Part shown: positions 39,162 through 49,065 of the stretch, one piece after another
Layout: every line of letters begins with the position of its first letter
Position numbering within the stretch: position 1 is the stretch's first letter
Assembly (NCBI GenBank): GCA_049700215.1
Contig: JBNAVT010000002.1
Location: 41,981 to 105,980, forward strand
DNA length: 64,000 nt
Reading direction: 5' to 3'
Origin: Thermoproteota archaeon
Lineage (GTDB): Archaea > Thermoproteota > EX4484-205 > JAAOZP01
Made by a program: the position numbers and the translations under genes
Notes under the pieces: model-generated
What the model was told of the DNA's origin: nothing
The model's input: the letters and a program-made list of their open reading frames with translations, nothing else
Database searches by the model: none

Positions 39162-40625
39162 TTGGACACTATGCTTGAGCTTAAACCGTTCTGCAGCCAC
39201 AGGCATACTGCCGTGGAAAAAACACAGAGCCATTACAGGATCCTAGAGGTTAGCAGAGAAAGCCTGCGGGAGATCATCAATAGGTCTTCAGAGGTTCAGG
39301 GAAGGCTTTCAAGCCTAGGGGTTCGGGAACGGCTTGGAGTAATAGAGGAGATGGGTAAAATATGGAGGGAGAAGCTTAGCGATGGCAGGCTTGAAAACCT
39401 GAAGAAGATTCTTGCTAGAACAACAGGGTATGGTGAAAAGCTGATAGAAATGGAGTTTTCACTGATCCCGATGGTTTTAAGCGGCGAAAACATCCGTGAA
39501 AATTTGGAATACTCCCCTGCCAGGGACATCCGGGTGTTTGAAAGATTCGTCGAGATGAAGAATGGTGAGAGCTTTAGAATCGCCCCCGCAGGGCCTGTAC
39601 TCATCATAAGCTCAGGCAACTCGCTCCTTCCAGCGATTATTCCTTCAACCATATCCCTTGCAACTGGAAACCTCACTATTGTAAAACCCTCTCTTTCAAA
39701 CTACCTAGGGGTTGTTGAAGTATTTGGTACACTCTGGGAAATAGCCTTAAACTCCGAGGCGGCGAGGACCATGATGGACACGCTTGTCATAAGCTACTTT
39801 ACGCATGACAGTCCTTCGCTGAGATACCTCCTTGGTGAAGCAGAACTCGGCGTGGTAAACTTTTGGGGTGGTGAGCCTGCTAGAACCAGTGTTCTGAGAA
39901 TGGTTTCGGAAAACCCGAATCACCCTAAGATCCTTGTAAACGGGCCCTTGACGGGGTGTGCTATCGTAGATGAAAAGTCTGCTGACGAGAAAACGGCTGA
40001 AGGCTTAGCGAGAAACATGGTACTTTACGATCAACAGTTGTGCAGCTCCCCAACTTCTGGGGTTTTCATCGGCTCCTGGCAGAACGCCCTCTCCTTCACC
40101 CGTATGGTTGAAAGATTCTTGGACGAGATTGGATCGGAATTCGAGTCTGATTTCGACGATACAAGCATTTTTCTCACACAGTCCGCTAGAAGGATCTTCC
40201 AGTTGAAGGGATCTCACGTTCTTTCCTCAAAAAACCCTAAGAATTTTTGGACGCTAGTGGTCTCAAGGGGGAAAAGCCTTCTGGACGAGGTGGTCAACTC
40301 ACTCCCCGCCTTTAACATCTATACTCGTAGAAGATTCTTGGAGATGGTTGTTGTAGAATCTATAGACGAGGCGCTGGAACACGTCAGTAAGGTTCCTGGT
40401 TCACCTGCTTTCAAAGGAGTAGACGGTGTCCAAACCATAGGGTATTCTGTAAACTGGGATGAAAAGATTTTTGAAAAACTGGTTTCCCTCGGGGTATTCA
40501 GGATCGTGCCTTTAAGCGACATGTTTATGAGAAGCCCCATCGAGCCCTACGATGGCGTCGCATTGTTCTCCGCCTTCACCAAAATAGTTTACCGTAGGGA
40601 TTTAGCGCTATCCTTAAAACCATGA
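39162..40625 (+). CDS. LuxC-like acyl-CoA/acyl-protein reductase
   Basis: 487 aa, similar in length to LuxC. PVLIISSGNSLLPAIIPSTISLATGNLTIVKPS matches the LuxC H/I-I-SGN-P core, and MVLYDQQLCSSPTSG gives Cys ~294 in CSSP context like the LuxC catalytic Cys. Confidence 0.65.
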   Translation: MDTMLELKPFCSHRHTAVEKTQSHYRILEVSRESLREIINRSSEVQGRLSSLGVRERLGVIEEMGKIWREKLSDGRLENLKKILARTTGYGEKLIEMEFSLIPMVLSGENIRENLEYSPARDIRVFERFVEMKNGESFRIAPAGPVLIISSGNSLLPAIIPSTISLATGNLTIVKPSLSNYLGVVEVFGTLWEIALNSEAARTMMDTLVISYFTHDSPSLRYLLGEAELGVVNFWGGEPARTSVLRMVSENPNHPKILVNGPLTGCAIVDEKSADEKTAEGLARNMVLYDQQLCSSPTSGVFIGSWQNALSFTRMVERFLDEIGSEFESDFDDTSIFLTQSARRIFQLKGSHVLSSKNPKNFWTLVVSRGKSLLDEVVNSLPAFNIYTRRRFLEMVVVESIDEALEHVSKVPGSPAFKGVDGVQTIGYSVNWDEKIFEKLVSLGVFRIVPLSDMFMRSPIEPYDGVALFSAFTKIVYRRDLALSLKP

Positions 40626-41620
40626 AGATACTTGTAACCGGGGCCTCCGGCTTCCTCGGCGGGCATTTAATCGAGGAAATGGTTTCTAAAGGGTATGATG
40701 TCGTAGGCATGGTTAGGAAAAGCAGCGATACGAGTTTCCTGAGAAGCCTCGGCGTGAAGCTTAGGGTTGGGGATCTCACTGTTCCTGAAAGCCTCGAGAA
40801 GGCTACGCGGGACATAGACATCGTCATACATCTTGCTGCATACTACACTTTCTTCGGGGAAAAAGAGACGTATAGGAGGGTTAACGTGGAAGGCACAAGG
40901 CTTCTTCTAGAGGCTTCTTTAAGAAACAATGTTAAAAGATTCGTCTACTGTAGCTCCACTGAGGCAATAGGTCCTGTTAAGAACCCTCCGGCGGAGGAGG
41001 ATTCCCCGCCGAATCCTTCCTACGAGTACGGGAGGTCTAAACTCGAGGCTGAAAAAATAGTTAGGAATTATGGTGAAAGGGGTGTTGAGTACACGATTCT
41101 GAGACCATCCGGAATATATGGTCCAAGGAATATTGACGATATCTCCTACTGGTTTATCACCGCCTACGCTAAAAACACTCTCCCGACAAGAATTATCGTT
41201 GGGGATGGGAGGAACCTTATACAGTTCGCGTACGTGAAGGACGTGGTTCAGGGTTTTCTCCTGGTTCTGGAAAAGCCTGAGGCCTCTGAAAACCAGACTT
41301 ATTTCATAAGCGAGGACAGGGCTTATACTTACCTGGAGGTTTACGAAATATTGTCTGAACTCTGCAATAGGGCTCCCCCCAGGATTCATATTCCCCCGAT
41401 GCTTGCAAAAGCGGTTGTGGCTCCTGTGGATTTGTTCAACAGGCTGAGGGGGAGAGTTGTTTTCACTTGGAGGATCAGTACTGTGAACGATCTTACTTGT
41501 GACAGGGCATACAGCGTCAGGAAAGCAATGAGGGAGCTGGGTTTCAAGCCTAAGTATGATCTTAAGACGGGCTTAAGAGAGACCGTGGAATGGTATAGGG
41601 AGAACGGCTATATCCGGTGA
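40622..41620 (+). CDS. NAD(P)-dependent epimerase/dehydratase-family SDR (extended SDR, 3beta-HSD/cinnamoyl-CoA-reductase-like)
   Basis: 332 aa. MKILVTGASGFLGGHLIEE (TGxxGxxG), ...YCSSTEAIG..., YGRSKLEAE (YxxxK). Start overlaps the LuxC-like stop by 4 nt. Confidence 0.8.
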   Translation: MKILVTGASGFLGGHLIEEMVSKGYDVVGMVRKSSDTSFLRSLGVKLRVGDLTVPESLEKATRDIDIVIHLAAYYTFFGEKETYRRVNVEGTRLLLEASLRNNVKRFVYCSSTEAIGPVKNPPAEEDSPPNPSYEYGRSKLEAEKIVRNYGERGVEYTILRPSGIYGPRNIDDISYWFITAYAKNTLPTRIIVGDGRNLIQFAYVKDVVQGFLLVLEKPEASENQTYFISEDRAYTYLEVYEILSELCNRAPPRIHIPPMLAKAVVAPVDLFNRLRGRVVFTWRISTVNDLTCDRAYSVRKAMRELGFKPKYDLKTGLRETVEWYRENGYIR

Positions 41621-41641
41621 CGAGTCGACCGGCTTAGCCTG

Positions 41642-42388
41642 ATGGTTAGAGCAATAAAATTTATCTTAAGCCGGGCTGAACCCCTTGCAAACACGATGAA
41701 GATCAGGGTGCTCCTTGGAACTATCGACAGCTCACTCGTTTATTCGGATGCGGTTGTTGCCATAGATGTTTTACGCTCATCTACAACCATATTGACAGCC
41801 TTGGCGAATGGCGCTAAGAGTGTTATACCGGCTGCGTCTGTGGACGAGGCTCTAACTGTTGGAGGCAGGCTTCAAGCAGTTGTTGGCGGGGAGGTAAACA
41901 GTGTTAAGCCCCCTATGTTTCACCTAGGAAACTCTCCACTGGAATATGTTCGAAGGAGAATAGGTGGGAAAACAGTTGTACTCTACACCTCCAGCGGAAC
42001 AAGGCTCCTAAGGTTTCTAATGGCTGTTTCGGAAAAAGTCTTCGTTGGGGCGGTTGTCAACGTTTCTAAACTTGTGGAGCACATTGTGGAAGAAGGTTTC
42101 GGCAACGTGGCGATCGTCACGGCGGGTAAAACCGGCTCACCCGCTCTTGAAGACTCTTATTGCGCAGGCCTCCTCGTTAAAAGTCTTCCTTGGAACGAGT
42201 GCGATAGGAATGCTGAGGTCGTGATGAAGATCGCTGAGCTCAAAATAGATGTTGTGAAGAGGTCGATTCACGCTTTGGAGCTTGTTAAACTCGGCTTGGA
42301 GAAAGACGTGGAGTATTCCCTAACTCCTGACCGCGTCAGTATAGTGGCTGCCGCTGATCCTTTCAAGGGATGTATCCAGCTCCCTTGA
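41642..42388 (+). CDS. 2-phosphosulfolactate phosphatase (ComB) family protein
   Basis: VVAIDVLRSSTTILTALANGAKSVIPA is the ComB family core. The true start is probably the internal ATG giving MKIRVLLGT.... Last gene of the luxE-like operon. Confidence 0.7.
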   Translation: MVRAIKFILSRAEPLANTMKIRVLLGTIDSSLVYSDAVVAIDVLRSSTTILTALANGAKSVIPAASVDEALTVGGRLQAVVGGEVNSVKPPMFHLGNSPLEYVRRRIGGKTVVLYTSSGTRLLRFLMAVSEKVFVGAVVNVSKLVEHIVEEGFGNVAIVTAGKTGSPALEDSYCAGLLVKSLPWNECDRNAEVVMKIAELKIDVVKRSIHALELVKLGLEKDVEYSLTPDRVSIVAAADPFKGCIQLP

Positions 42389-42686
42389 CAACCCCCTTCT
42401 TCAACATTTTCCTCTGCTCCTTGCTCTGCTCATACATCCTGACGGCAAGCGAGTGTGAACACATCCTTCTCTTCAAATAGCCTAGGCAGCTACAGTTATA
42501 GTTGCCGTAAGCGTCTCTCGAAACTATGTAAACCCCGTGGTCTCCCTTAACCTCGTAGCTGGATTTATCAAGCTGGCTGATCCTTTTCTCTTTAAGAATC
42601 GTCTTCGCCTTAAGCACCAGCTTCTCGACTCCTGTCGCATCCCTCTTCTCGCCTTCTTCACCCATCTCTTCAAGACCCCTGCCCAA
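42363..42686 (-). CDS. Small SWIM-type zinc-finger protein
   Basis: 107 aa. CSCLGYLKRRMCSHSLAV gives a CxC...CxH SWIM-like ligand pattern. Overlaps the ComB 3' end. Confidence 0.45.
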   Translation of the reverse strand: MGRGLEEMGEEGEKRDATGVEKLVLKAKTILKEKRISQLDKSSYEVKGDHGVYIVSRDAYGNYNCSCLGYLKRRMCSHSLAVRMYEQSKEQRKMLKKGVVKGAGYIP

Positions 42687-42786
42687 AGAGTCTTACCCAG
42701 TGTTTTTAAGATTTCCATGCCTGTTGATATGCTGGTAACAGGGTTTTGGAAGCCTAAATCGCCATCGGGGGGCAAGCATAGCGTTT

Positions 42787-44064
42787 TCAAGACAGGCTGG
42801 TGAGGCCCTCTGGAAACTCCAGCCCGAAGTCTGAAATCCTCTTCTTAACCATGCTCATTATCTTCTTGCTGCTTAGCCTCCTAATGCTCGTGGGCTGCAG
42901 TATCCCTATGTCTGTCACAATGGCCGTTATGAACCTTGGCGGGGTCACGTCGAAAGCAGGGTTGAAAATCCTAACCTGCTTCCTACCGGGCTCACGTGTC
43001 ACAATGCTTTCCGAAGGAGGCCACTCCTCCAAGGCTTTCTCGGAAACCAGTCCCCTGCTCTTCATATCCTTCGCGATCAAACTATAGGGGTATGTTACTT
43101 CATCTATGCTCCTCTCCTCGATCTCTATATCCCTCCCCTTTTTAACGTCCAGCGATATTGTAGAGTAGGAGGTAGCGTAGTAGAAGGGTGCCTTAAAATA
43201 CTTGAAAAGCCGGGCGATGTCGGCTGAGCCAACCTTGTTGGCTACTGAACCGTCTCTAGCGACTCTGTCAGCCCCGAGAATAGCCTTGTTCACACCCAGC
43301 CTTTCGAACGATATTGAAACCATGTTGTCTGTAACTATTGTCGTAGGAACCCCCACCCTGTTCAGCTCCCAGACGGTTAGCCTATATCCCTGGCTCCTCG
43401 GCCTAGTCTCCTTCGAGACAACCTTAACATCCACGCCGTTCGAGTATGCTTCCTCTATTATGCCTAGAGCATGCCCCATGAGCGTTGAGGAGAGGCTTCC
43501 ACCATTGCAGTGCGTCATTATCACGTCGCCGTTTCCAACAATCTTCAAGCCGTAGCTCCGCATATAGTAGTTTAAAGCCATGTCTTGAGCAAGTATGAAG
43601 TCTGAGATTTTGCGCAGAGCATCTGTTGATTTCTCCAGGCTTCCAGTCTCCTCGTAAACCCTCTTACAGTAGTTGTAGGCCAGGAGCGTGGCCCAGGCCA
43701 ACGGGGCTGCAGTTGGTCTTGCGTAAGCTATTTCGCGAGCCATCTGGCTCAACTGTCCAAGCGGGTCTGAGCTTCGCTTAGCCTGGGTTGCTCCGGTCAG
43801 CAAAGTGTAGGCGCCGGCTACACCTATGGCTTGAGACCCTCTTACAACCATGTTTTTAATAGCCTGAACCCCGTCCTTCCAGTCGCCTATTTCCCGTGCC
43901 GCGACTTCAAAGGGAAGCTTATTCTGATCTAGGAGAATGAGCCTTTCCTTCTCATGGTTATACCAGAGGGTTACTGGCAGAGTCGTCTTCTTATGCAAAG
44001 GGAGGCCTAGCGCAGGATCCTCCTCGAGCCCAAGCTTTTGCGAAACATGCTTCAAATATTCCAA
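42787..44064 (-). CDS. eIF-2B alpha/beta/delta-family isomerase (methylthioribose-1-phosphate / ribose-1,5-bisphosphate isomerase type)
   Basis: 425 aa. ...VRGSQAIGVAGAY..., IMTHCNGGSL, ...NKVGSADIA..., FDVTPP are family motifs. Confidence 0.8.
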   Translation of the reverse strand: MEYLKHVSQKLGLEEDPALGLPLHKKTTLPVTLWYNHEKERLILLDQNKLPFEVAAREIGDWKDGVQAIKNMVVRGSQAIGVAGAYTLLTGATQAKRSSDPLGQLSQMAREIAYARPTAAPLAWATLLAYNYCKRVYEETGSLEKSTDALRKISDFILAQDMALNYYMRSYGLKIVGNGDVIMTHCNGGSLSSTLMGHALGIIEEAYSNGVDVKVVSKETRPRSQGYRLTVWELNRVGVPTTIVTDNMVSISFERLGVNKAILGADRVARDGSVANKVGSADIARLFKYFKAPFYYATSYSTISLDVKKGRDIEIEERSIDEVTYPYSLIAKDMKSRGLVSEKALEEWPPSESIVTREPGRKQVRIFNPAFDVTPPRFITAIVTDIGILQPTSIRRLSSKKIMSMVKKRISDFGLEFPEGLTSLS

Positions 44065-44130
44065 TTCTAAGGTTTTTCAAACATTCTGGAAGTTTTTATC
44101 TTTATCTCCCGCTCCTCCTATTGGGTATGG

Positions 44131-44838
44131 ATGAAGCGTGACGCTGGAAGGCGGGTAGCCGGGGTCTTCAGGCCTGCTGAAGTAATAGTTGCCTCCGGAG
44201 TAAGACCTGGTGTTAAGCCGAGTGATGTCTACGAGGTTTGCAGCGAGGCTTTGAAACAGGGTATTAGGGATGTTTGCATACCGAGCGTATACGTCGGGGA
44301 GGCTGGGGCCCTCTTCGAGAATACTGGTTTAAAGTTGTCGACAATGATATCTTTCCCAACAGGACTGATGCCCCTCGAGCTAAAGATGATGGAGATTAGG
44401 CTCGCCTCTGAGCAGGGTGTTGAGGAAGTATACTTCTACCCTAATCTGGGAAACTATCTTGACAGTAGGATTGTCGAGTTCGAGTCCGAGCTTTCGAGGA
44501 TAACGGAGGCTTCTCAGCTAATCGGCTTGAGAAACGTTAAGCCGGTTGTCGAGATGGGCTTGGTTTCGGAAAAACAGTTAAGGGAGATCATTAGTATTTT
44601 CGAATCATCAGGTTTCGACACGGTGGTCGTCTCATCCGGCTTCGGCTTGAAGAGAATGAGTCTTGAGGAGCTGTCGATTTTGAAAAACATTGAGCAGGAT
44701 GTGACGATCGAGGCCCACTGCAGGCTGGGCTCGCTGCAGGACTTGCGGAGCCTGGTTGAAAACAGGGTGTACAAAGTATGTACGGTAGACTACAAGGTTG
44801 CTCGGGAAGAAGGCTCCGTCAAGCGGCTTGAAGAATAG
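44131..44838 (+). CDS. DeoC/LacD-superfamily class I aldolase (deoxyribose-phosphate aldolase-like)
   Basis: 235 aa. ...KLSTMISFPTG...MMEIRLASEQGVEEVYFYPNLG... and ...VVVSSGFG fit a DeoC-type TIM barrel. The start is uncertain. Confidence 0.55.
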   Translation: MKRDAGRRVAGVFRPAEVIVASGVRPGVKPSDVYEVCSEALKQGIRDVCIPSVYVGEAGALFENTGLKLSTMISFPTGLMPLELKMMEIRLASEQGVEEVYFYPNLGNYLDSRIVEFESELSRITEASQLIGLRNVKPVVEMGLVSEKQLREIISIFESSGFDTVVVSSGFGLKRMSLEELSILKNIEQDVTIEAHCRLGSLQDLRSLVENRVYKVCTVDYKVAREEGSVKRLEE

Positions 44839-44908
44839 TTCGTGGGAAAAACATATATTCGGACCCAGACAGGTCAACACGGCTTTGTCGCCGTACAGGA
44901 TTGCTTTA

Positions 44909-46057
44909 ATGCCCGGCGATGGGATTGGGCCTGAGGTGGTGAGGGAGGCGGTTAAAGTTGGATGGGGCCTACTTGAAGCCATGGGTGTCCCAATGGTTTT
45001 CGAAGAGTTTCCTAACGGTGCTGAACACTACCTTAAAACCGGTGAAACGCTTTCAGAATATACTTTGGGAAGGCTGAAGGGTTTTGACGCGATTTTCTTC
45101 GGGGCTGTTGGAGACCCGAGGGTTAAGCCAGGTGTTCTCGAGAAAGGTGTTCTCCTGAGGATGCGCTCCTCACTGGATCTTTACGTGAACCTGCGGCCAG
45201 TCAGGCTCCTCAAGGGTGTTGAAACACCTTTGAAAACATCTGGGGATAAGAGTATTGACTTCGTAGTCATACGTGAGAACACTGAGGATTTCTACGTAGA
45301 CATGGGTGGCAGAGTGTGTGAAGGATGCTCAAGGCTCTTCGAGTATACTGTTGAAGCCGGCGGGGCTAAGGGGAGCAGATACAGGGTTGAGGTTGAAAGT
45401 AGGAATGGCGAGGCCTTTCAAATAGGAATAATATCGGTTAAGGGTGCTGAAAGAATAGTAAGGTATGGTTTCGAATACGCCCTTAGAAGAGGCTTGAACC
45501 TTATAACTTTCGTTGATAAGGCTAACGTGCTCACTGAAACATACGGTCTCTGGAGGGAGGTCGTTGAAAAAGTGTGGGGAGAGTACGGCGGCAGGGTTGG
45601 TAGAGAATTCATGTATGTTGATGCTGCAGCGCTACACATGGTTTTAAACCCTGGCCGCTTCAAGATAATTGTTGCTCCAAACATGTTCGGAGACATTTTA
45701 ACGGACTTGGGGGCAGCGATCCAAGGCGGTCTGGGTTTCGCGCCGAGTGGAAACATTAATCCTGAGGGTGTTTCGATGTTTGAGCCTGTTCACGGGAGTG
45801 CTCCGGACAAGGCTGGCCTAAACATAGCTAACCCTGTTGCGGCGATACTTACCTTCTCCCTCATGCTGGAACACTTGTGGAGCAGAAGCGGTGATAAGCG
45901 TCTGCTCGAAGCCTCGAAAATAATTGAGACGGCTGTTGAGAATGTTTTAGCAAGTGGCAGGTGCAGGACGCTGGACATGGGCGGGGTCTCTAAGACGAGT
46001 GAGATGGGGGACGCTGTTCTGGATGAGTCTAAACGCTTATTGACGGATGGAAGATGA
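44909..46057 (+). CDS. Beta-decarboxylating dehydrogenase (3-isopropylmalate / homoisocitrate / isocitrate dehydrogenase family)
   Basis: MPGDGIGPEVV N-terminus, ...LDLYVNLRPVR..., NMFGDILTDLGAAIQGGLG. The start was moved to the internal ATG at 44909. Confidence 0.85.
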   Translation: MPGDGIGPEVVREAVKVGWGLLEAMGVPMVFEEFPNGAEHYLKTGETLSEYTLGRLKGFDAIFFGAVGDPRVKPGVLEKGVLLRMRSSLDLYVNLRPVRLLKGVETPLKTSGDKSIDFVVIRENTEDFYVDMGGRVCEGCSRLFEYTVEAGGAKGSRYRVEVESRNGEAFQIGIISVKGAERIVRYGFEYALRRGLNLITFVDKANVLTETYGLWREVVEKVWGEYGGRVGREFMYVDAAALHMVLNPGRFKIIVAPNMFGDILTDLGAAIQGGLGFAPSGNINPEGVSMFEPVHGSAPDKAGLNIANPVAAILTFSLMLEHLWSRSGDKRLLEASKIIETAVENVLASGRCRTLDMGGVSKTSEMGDAVLDESKRLLTDGR

Positions 46058-47169
46058 AGAGCCTAATCTTTAAGAAGGATGGTCTCCAGAGGCTGAGTGC
46101 AAGCTATATTCCTGAAAGGCTTCCAAGTAGGGAGGAGCACCAGCTTGAAATATTCAATACTGTAATAGGTTTCCTGGAGGGCAGGCTCCCTTTGAAAGCT
46201 ATTGTTTTAAACGGTCCAAGCGGCTCCGGTAAGACCGTTACTGTAAAGAAGGCTTCTGAACAGGTTTTGAAATACTGTAGCCAGAGGGGCATCAGGCTTG
46301 AATACCGTCATTTAAACACGAGGTTTGCTTCCTCAGACTTCACTCTTGCACAGATGATTGCGCTGAGCCTAATGCCTAACATTCCTGGCAGGGGCTACAG
46401 CAGCAGGGAGCTCCTGTTCACTGTCTTCGACTATCTTGAAAAATCAGGCAGGAGCTTCCTGCTCGTGCTGGATGATTTCGACAGCTTCCTAAGCGGAGTT
46501 AGAAGCAGGTTTTTCACGGATCTTTTAAAGATTTCAGAGGAGTATGAGGACAGGGTTAAGGTGATCCTGGTACTCATCGGAATAGAGGATGTTTCCCGCA
46601 AGGTTAAAGATTCTTGGGCGACCTCCTTCTTCTGGAGGATAGGCAGAAGCTTTAAACCATACACTGCTGAAGAAATCTCAGTGATACTTAAGGACAGGGT
46701 GGAGCTCTCTTTTAACGAGGATAGTGTTGACGATTCCCTAGTATACTTGATGGGTAGGCTGACTGAAAGATTCGGATACGGTTCAGCAAGATATGGCATC
46801 GAGCTCCTGCTTGCAAGCGGGCTTAACGCGAGCTACGAGGGGTCTGCCAGGGTTTCCTGCGAGCATGTGAGGGAGGCCCAGTACAGGATTGAAAGCGTAA
46901 TCACGCCTGGAGACTTGAAAACAGTTTTCTCCCAGGATCCTGAAATGCGCAGGCTTGTAGAGAGGCTTCTACGCGTCTTCGAGTCTTGCAACGAGCCTTT
47001 CGTAGGCTTTAAGACGCTTGAGGAGCATGGTGTTAGAATAAGGGATGGCAGCGTGGCTGAGAAGCTTAAGAGGCTGCATTTCGAGGGGCTGCTGGACTAT
47101 AACCCGTCTCGGAGAGAGGTTGCTTTAATAGGGATGCCCCTCCGGCTTCTTCAACAGGCTTTCGACTAG
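46054..47169 (+). CDS. orc1/cdc6: Orc1/Cdc6-family AAA+ replication initiator
   Basis: 371 aa. YIPERLPSREEHQLEIF...LNGPSGSGKT (Walker A), LVLDDFD (Walker B), and a C-terminal winged-helix region. Confidence 0.85.
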   Translation: MKSLIFKKDGLQRLSASYIPERLPSREEHQLEIFNTVIGFLEGRLPLKAIVLNGPSGSGKTVTVKKASEQVLKYCSQRGIRLEYRHLNTRFASSDFTLAQMIALSLMPNIPGRGYSSRELLFTVFDYLEKSGRSFLLVLDDFDSFLSGVRSRFFTDLLKISEEYEDRVKVILVLIGIEDVSRKVKDSWATSFFWRIGRSFKPYTAEEISVILKDRVELSFNEDSVDDSLVYLMGRLTERFGYGSARYGIELLLASGLNASYEGSARVSCEHVREAQYRIESVITPGDLKTVFSQDPEMRRLVERLLRVFESCNEPFVGFKTLEEHGVRIRDGSVAEKLKRLHFEGLLDYNPSRREVALIGMPLRLLQQAFD

Positions 47170-47830
47170 TCTTCTCCCTGCGGGAAACTAGTATGAGTAA
47201 AACTATTGCTAGAAAGGTTGCTAGAAGCAGATAGTTTAACAGGGTAACGTCTCCCTCGCTGATGCCTGCTCCAAGCTTCTCACCCATATAGCTGTAGAAA
47301 AAGGCTCTTGGAACCGTCCCCAGGAGGGTTGCGACGGTGAACGATACTAAGGCTATTCCCGTCGCCCCGGCGAAATAGGAAACGGCGTCGAAGGAAATCC
47401 AAGGTATGAATCTGGCTGCGAAAATTATTTTAGACCCGTGTTTCACGAAAAGCTTCTCCACCTTCTCAAGCTGTTGCCTGCTTACTAGTCTCTCAACCAG
47501 CGGCCTGCCGAACTTCAGGCCTATTACGTAGTTTATCAGGGCGCCGCTCATCAAGCCGAGTGTTCCAACTGCGGTGGAGGCTTCGAAGCCGAAGGCTGAG
47601 CCGCTCATAATCAGCACTGCCTCAGCAGGTATGACTGCTATTATCGATTGGACTATCATAAGCAGGTAGAAGCCGGGTAGTCCTCCTTTCAACATTGCCT
47701 TCTGAAGCTGGTTGAAATATTCGGATAAAACTCTGGGAATAATGTTGACTATAATAATGGCTGTGACCACGATTATTGAAAACAGTAGCTTGGCATCCAG
47801 CTTCATTGCAACCTCCCTAACCTCTCGCAT
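47066..47830 (-). CDS. DedA/SNARE-associated (VTT-domain) membrane protein
   Basis: 254 aa, multi-pass. ...FGRPLVERL...KHGSKIIFAARFIPW matches the DedA family. Convergent overlap of ~100 nt with the orc1 3' end. Confidence 0.75.
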   Translation of the reverse strand: MREVREVAMKLDAKLLFSIIVVTAIIIVNIIPRVLSEYFNQLQKAMLKGGLPGFYLLMIVQSIIAVIPAEAVLIMSGSAFGFEASTAVGTLGLMSGALINYVIGLKFGRPLVERLVSRQQLEKVEKLFVKHGSKIIFAARFIPWISFDAVSYFAGATGIALVSFTVATLLGTVPRAFFYSYMGEKLGAGISEGDVTLLNYLLLATFLAIVLLILVSRREKTSRKPVEEAGGASLLKQPLSETGYSPAAPRNAAS

Positions 47831-47922
47831 AAGGCCCTTATTAATCCTTAAGCCGCCTTAGAAAACCTTTAAAGAAACCTGTTTAGAGAGACGCTATTCA
47901 AAACGGTGAGGAGGGTAACTGG

Positions 47923-49065
47923 TTGGAGCCCGAATGCTCAAGCAGTATTCCGGTGCTTGACGATGTTGAGGCAGTCAGGATGATCGATAAGGGAAACATG
48001 CGGCTCATGATATCCTCGTTTCCAGCTTTACTGAAAGAGGCGGTGGAGCTGTCCAGGGGCCTGCGTCTTCCTGAAGGCTACAGGAACGCCAGGGAGATTA
48101 TTGTGTGCGGGATGGGTGGCTCAGCCATAGGTGGAGACCTTTTCAAAGACCTCTCTCAAGCGATGAGCCCGCTACGAGTCTCCGTAATCAGGGACTACGA
48201 CCTGCCTAGGCACGTTGACGAGAGTAGCCTGGTGGTGGCGGTAAGCTATTCCGGGAACACTGAGGAAACGCTTGAGTCCTTCAAGCAGGCTTACGAGAGG
48301 GGTTCCCGGATAATTGGTATTGCTTCCAACGGTCTGCTGGGGAAGGCTTGCTCCAAGCTTAAAATCCCGTTCATAGGGGTTCCATCCGGGTACACGCCTA
48401 GGTCAGCGCTTCCACTGCTATTCATACCATTGTTGAAAGTGGCTGAGGAAATAGGTTTCCCAATGGTGGGAGAGGGTGAGCTGGCTGAAGCCCACGGGCT
48501 GATTGAAGAGTATAATTCTAAACTCACCCCGGAAGTGCCTTTAAGCCGGAACCCGGCTAAGCAGCTGGCTGCTAGGCTGCATCAGAAGCTTCCAATCATA
48601 TACTCCATGGGACACTTGAAATCCGTCGCCCTAAGGTATAAGGATCAGATTAATGAGAACGCTAAGATGAGGGCTATGTGCGACCAGCTTCCAGAGGCAA
48701 ACCATAATGAGGTTGAAGCATGGGAGAAGGTTGATTTCAAAGAGCTCCTCCACGTTGTTTTCATCGACAGCCGTTTCAAGAACCCCTATATCGCTGAAAG
48801 CGTCAACAACCTTGTTTCAAAGATTGAGAAAGAGGGTGTTGGATTAAGCATGGTTAAACCGCTTGGCGGAACAATGCTTGAAGAGATGCTTTCAGCCATA
48901 ATACTGGGGGACTGGGCTAGCTACTACCTTGCTATACTTAGGGGGGTTGACCCAGCTCCCGTCAGCCTAATAAGTGAGCTGAAGAAGAAGCATGATGAGA
49001 AAACGAGATACTCTGAAAAGTTTGAAGAATGGCTGTGTAAGCTCGGTGAAAATGGTGAAGACTAG
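47923..49065 (+). CDS. Bifunctional phosphoglucose/phosphomannose isomerase (SIS-domain, archaeal PGI/PMI type)
   Basis: IIVCGMGGSAIGGDLF, VVAVSYSGNTEET SIS motifs. The N-terminal start is uncertain. Confidence 0.7.
   Translation: MEPECSSSIPVLDDVEAVRMIDKGNMRLMISSFPALLKEAVELSRGLRLPEGYRNAREIIVCGMGGSAIGGDLFKDLSQAMSPLRVSVIRDYDLPRHVDESSLVVAVSYSGNTEETLESFKQAYERGSRIIGIASNGLLGKACSKLKIPFIGVPSGYTPRSALPLLFIPLLKVAEEIGFPMVGEGELAEAHGLIEEYNSKLTPEVPLSRNPAKQLAARLHQKLPIIYSMGHLKSVALRYKDQINENAKMRAMCDQLPEANHNEVEAWEKVDFKELLHVVFIDSRFKNPYIAESVNNLVSKIEKEGVGLSMVKPLGGTMLEEMLSAIILGDWASYYLAILRGVDPAPVSLISELKKKHDEKTRYSEKFEEWLCKLGENGED

Noticed and set aside
45900-46100. Replication origin (ORB elements) expected beside orc1/cdc6
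   Set aside because: orc1 starts 4 nt inside the preceding leuB-family gene and its 3' end overlaps the convergent DedA gene. There is no intergenic DNA with ORB-like repeats or an A/T-rich unwinding element next to it.
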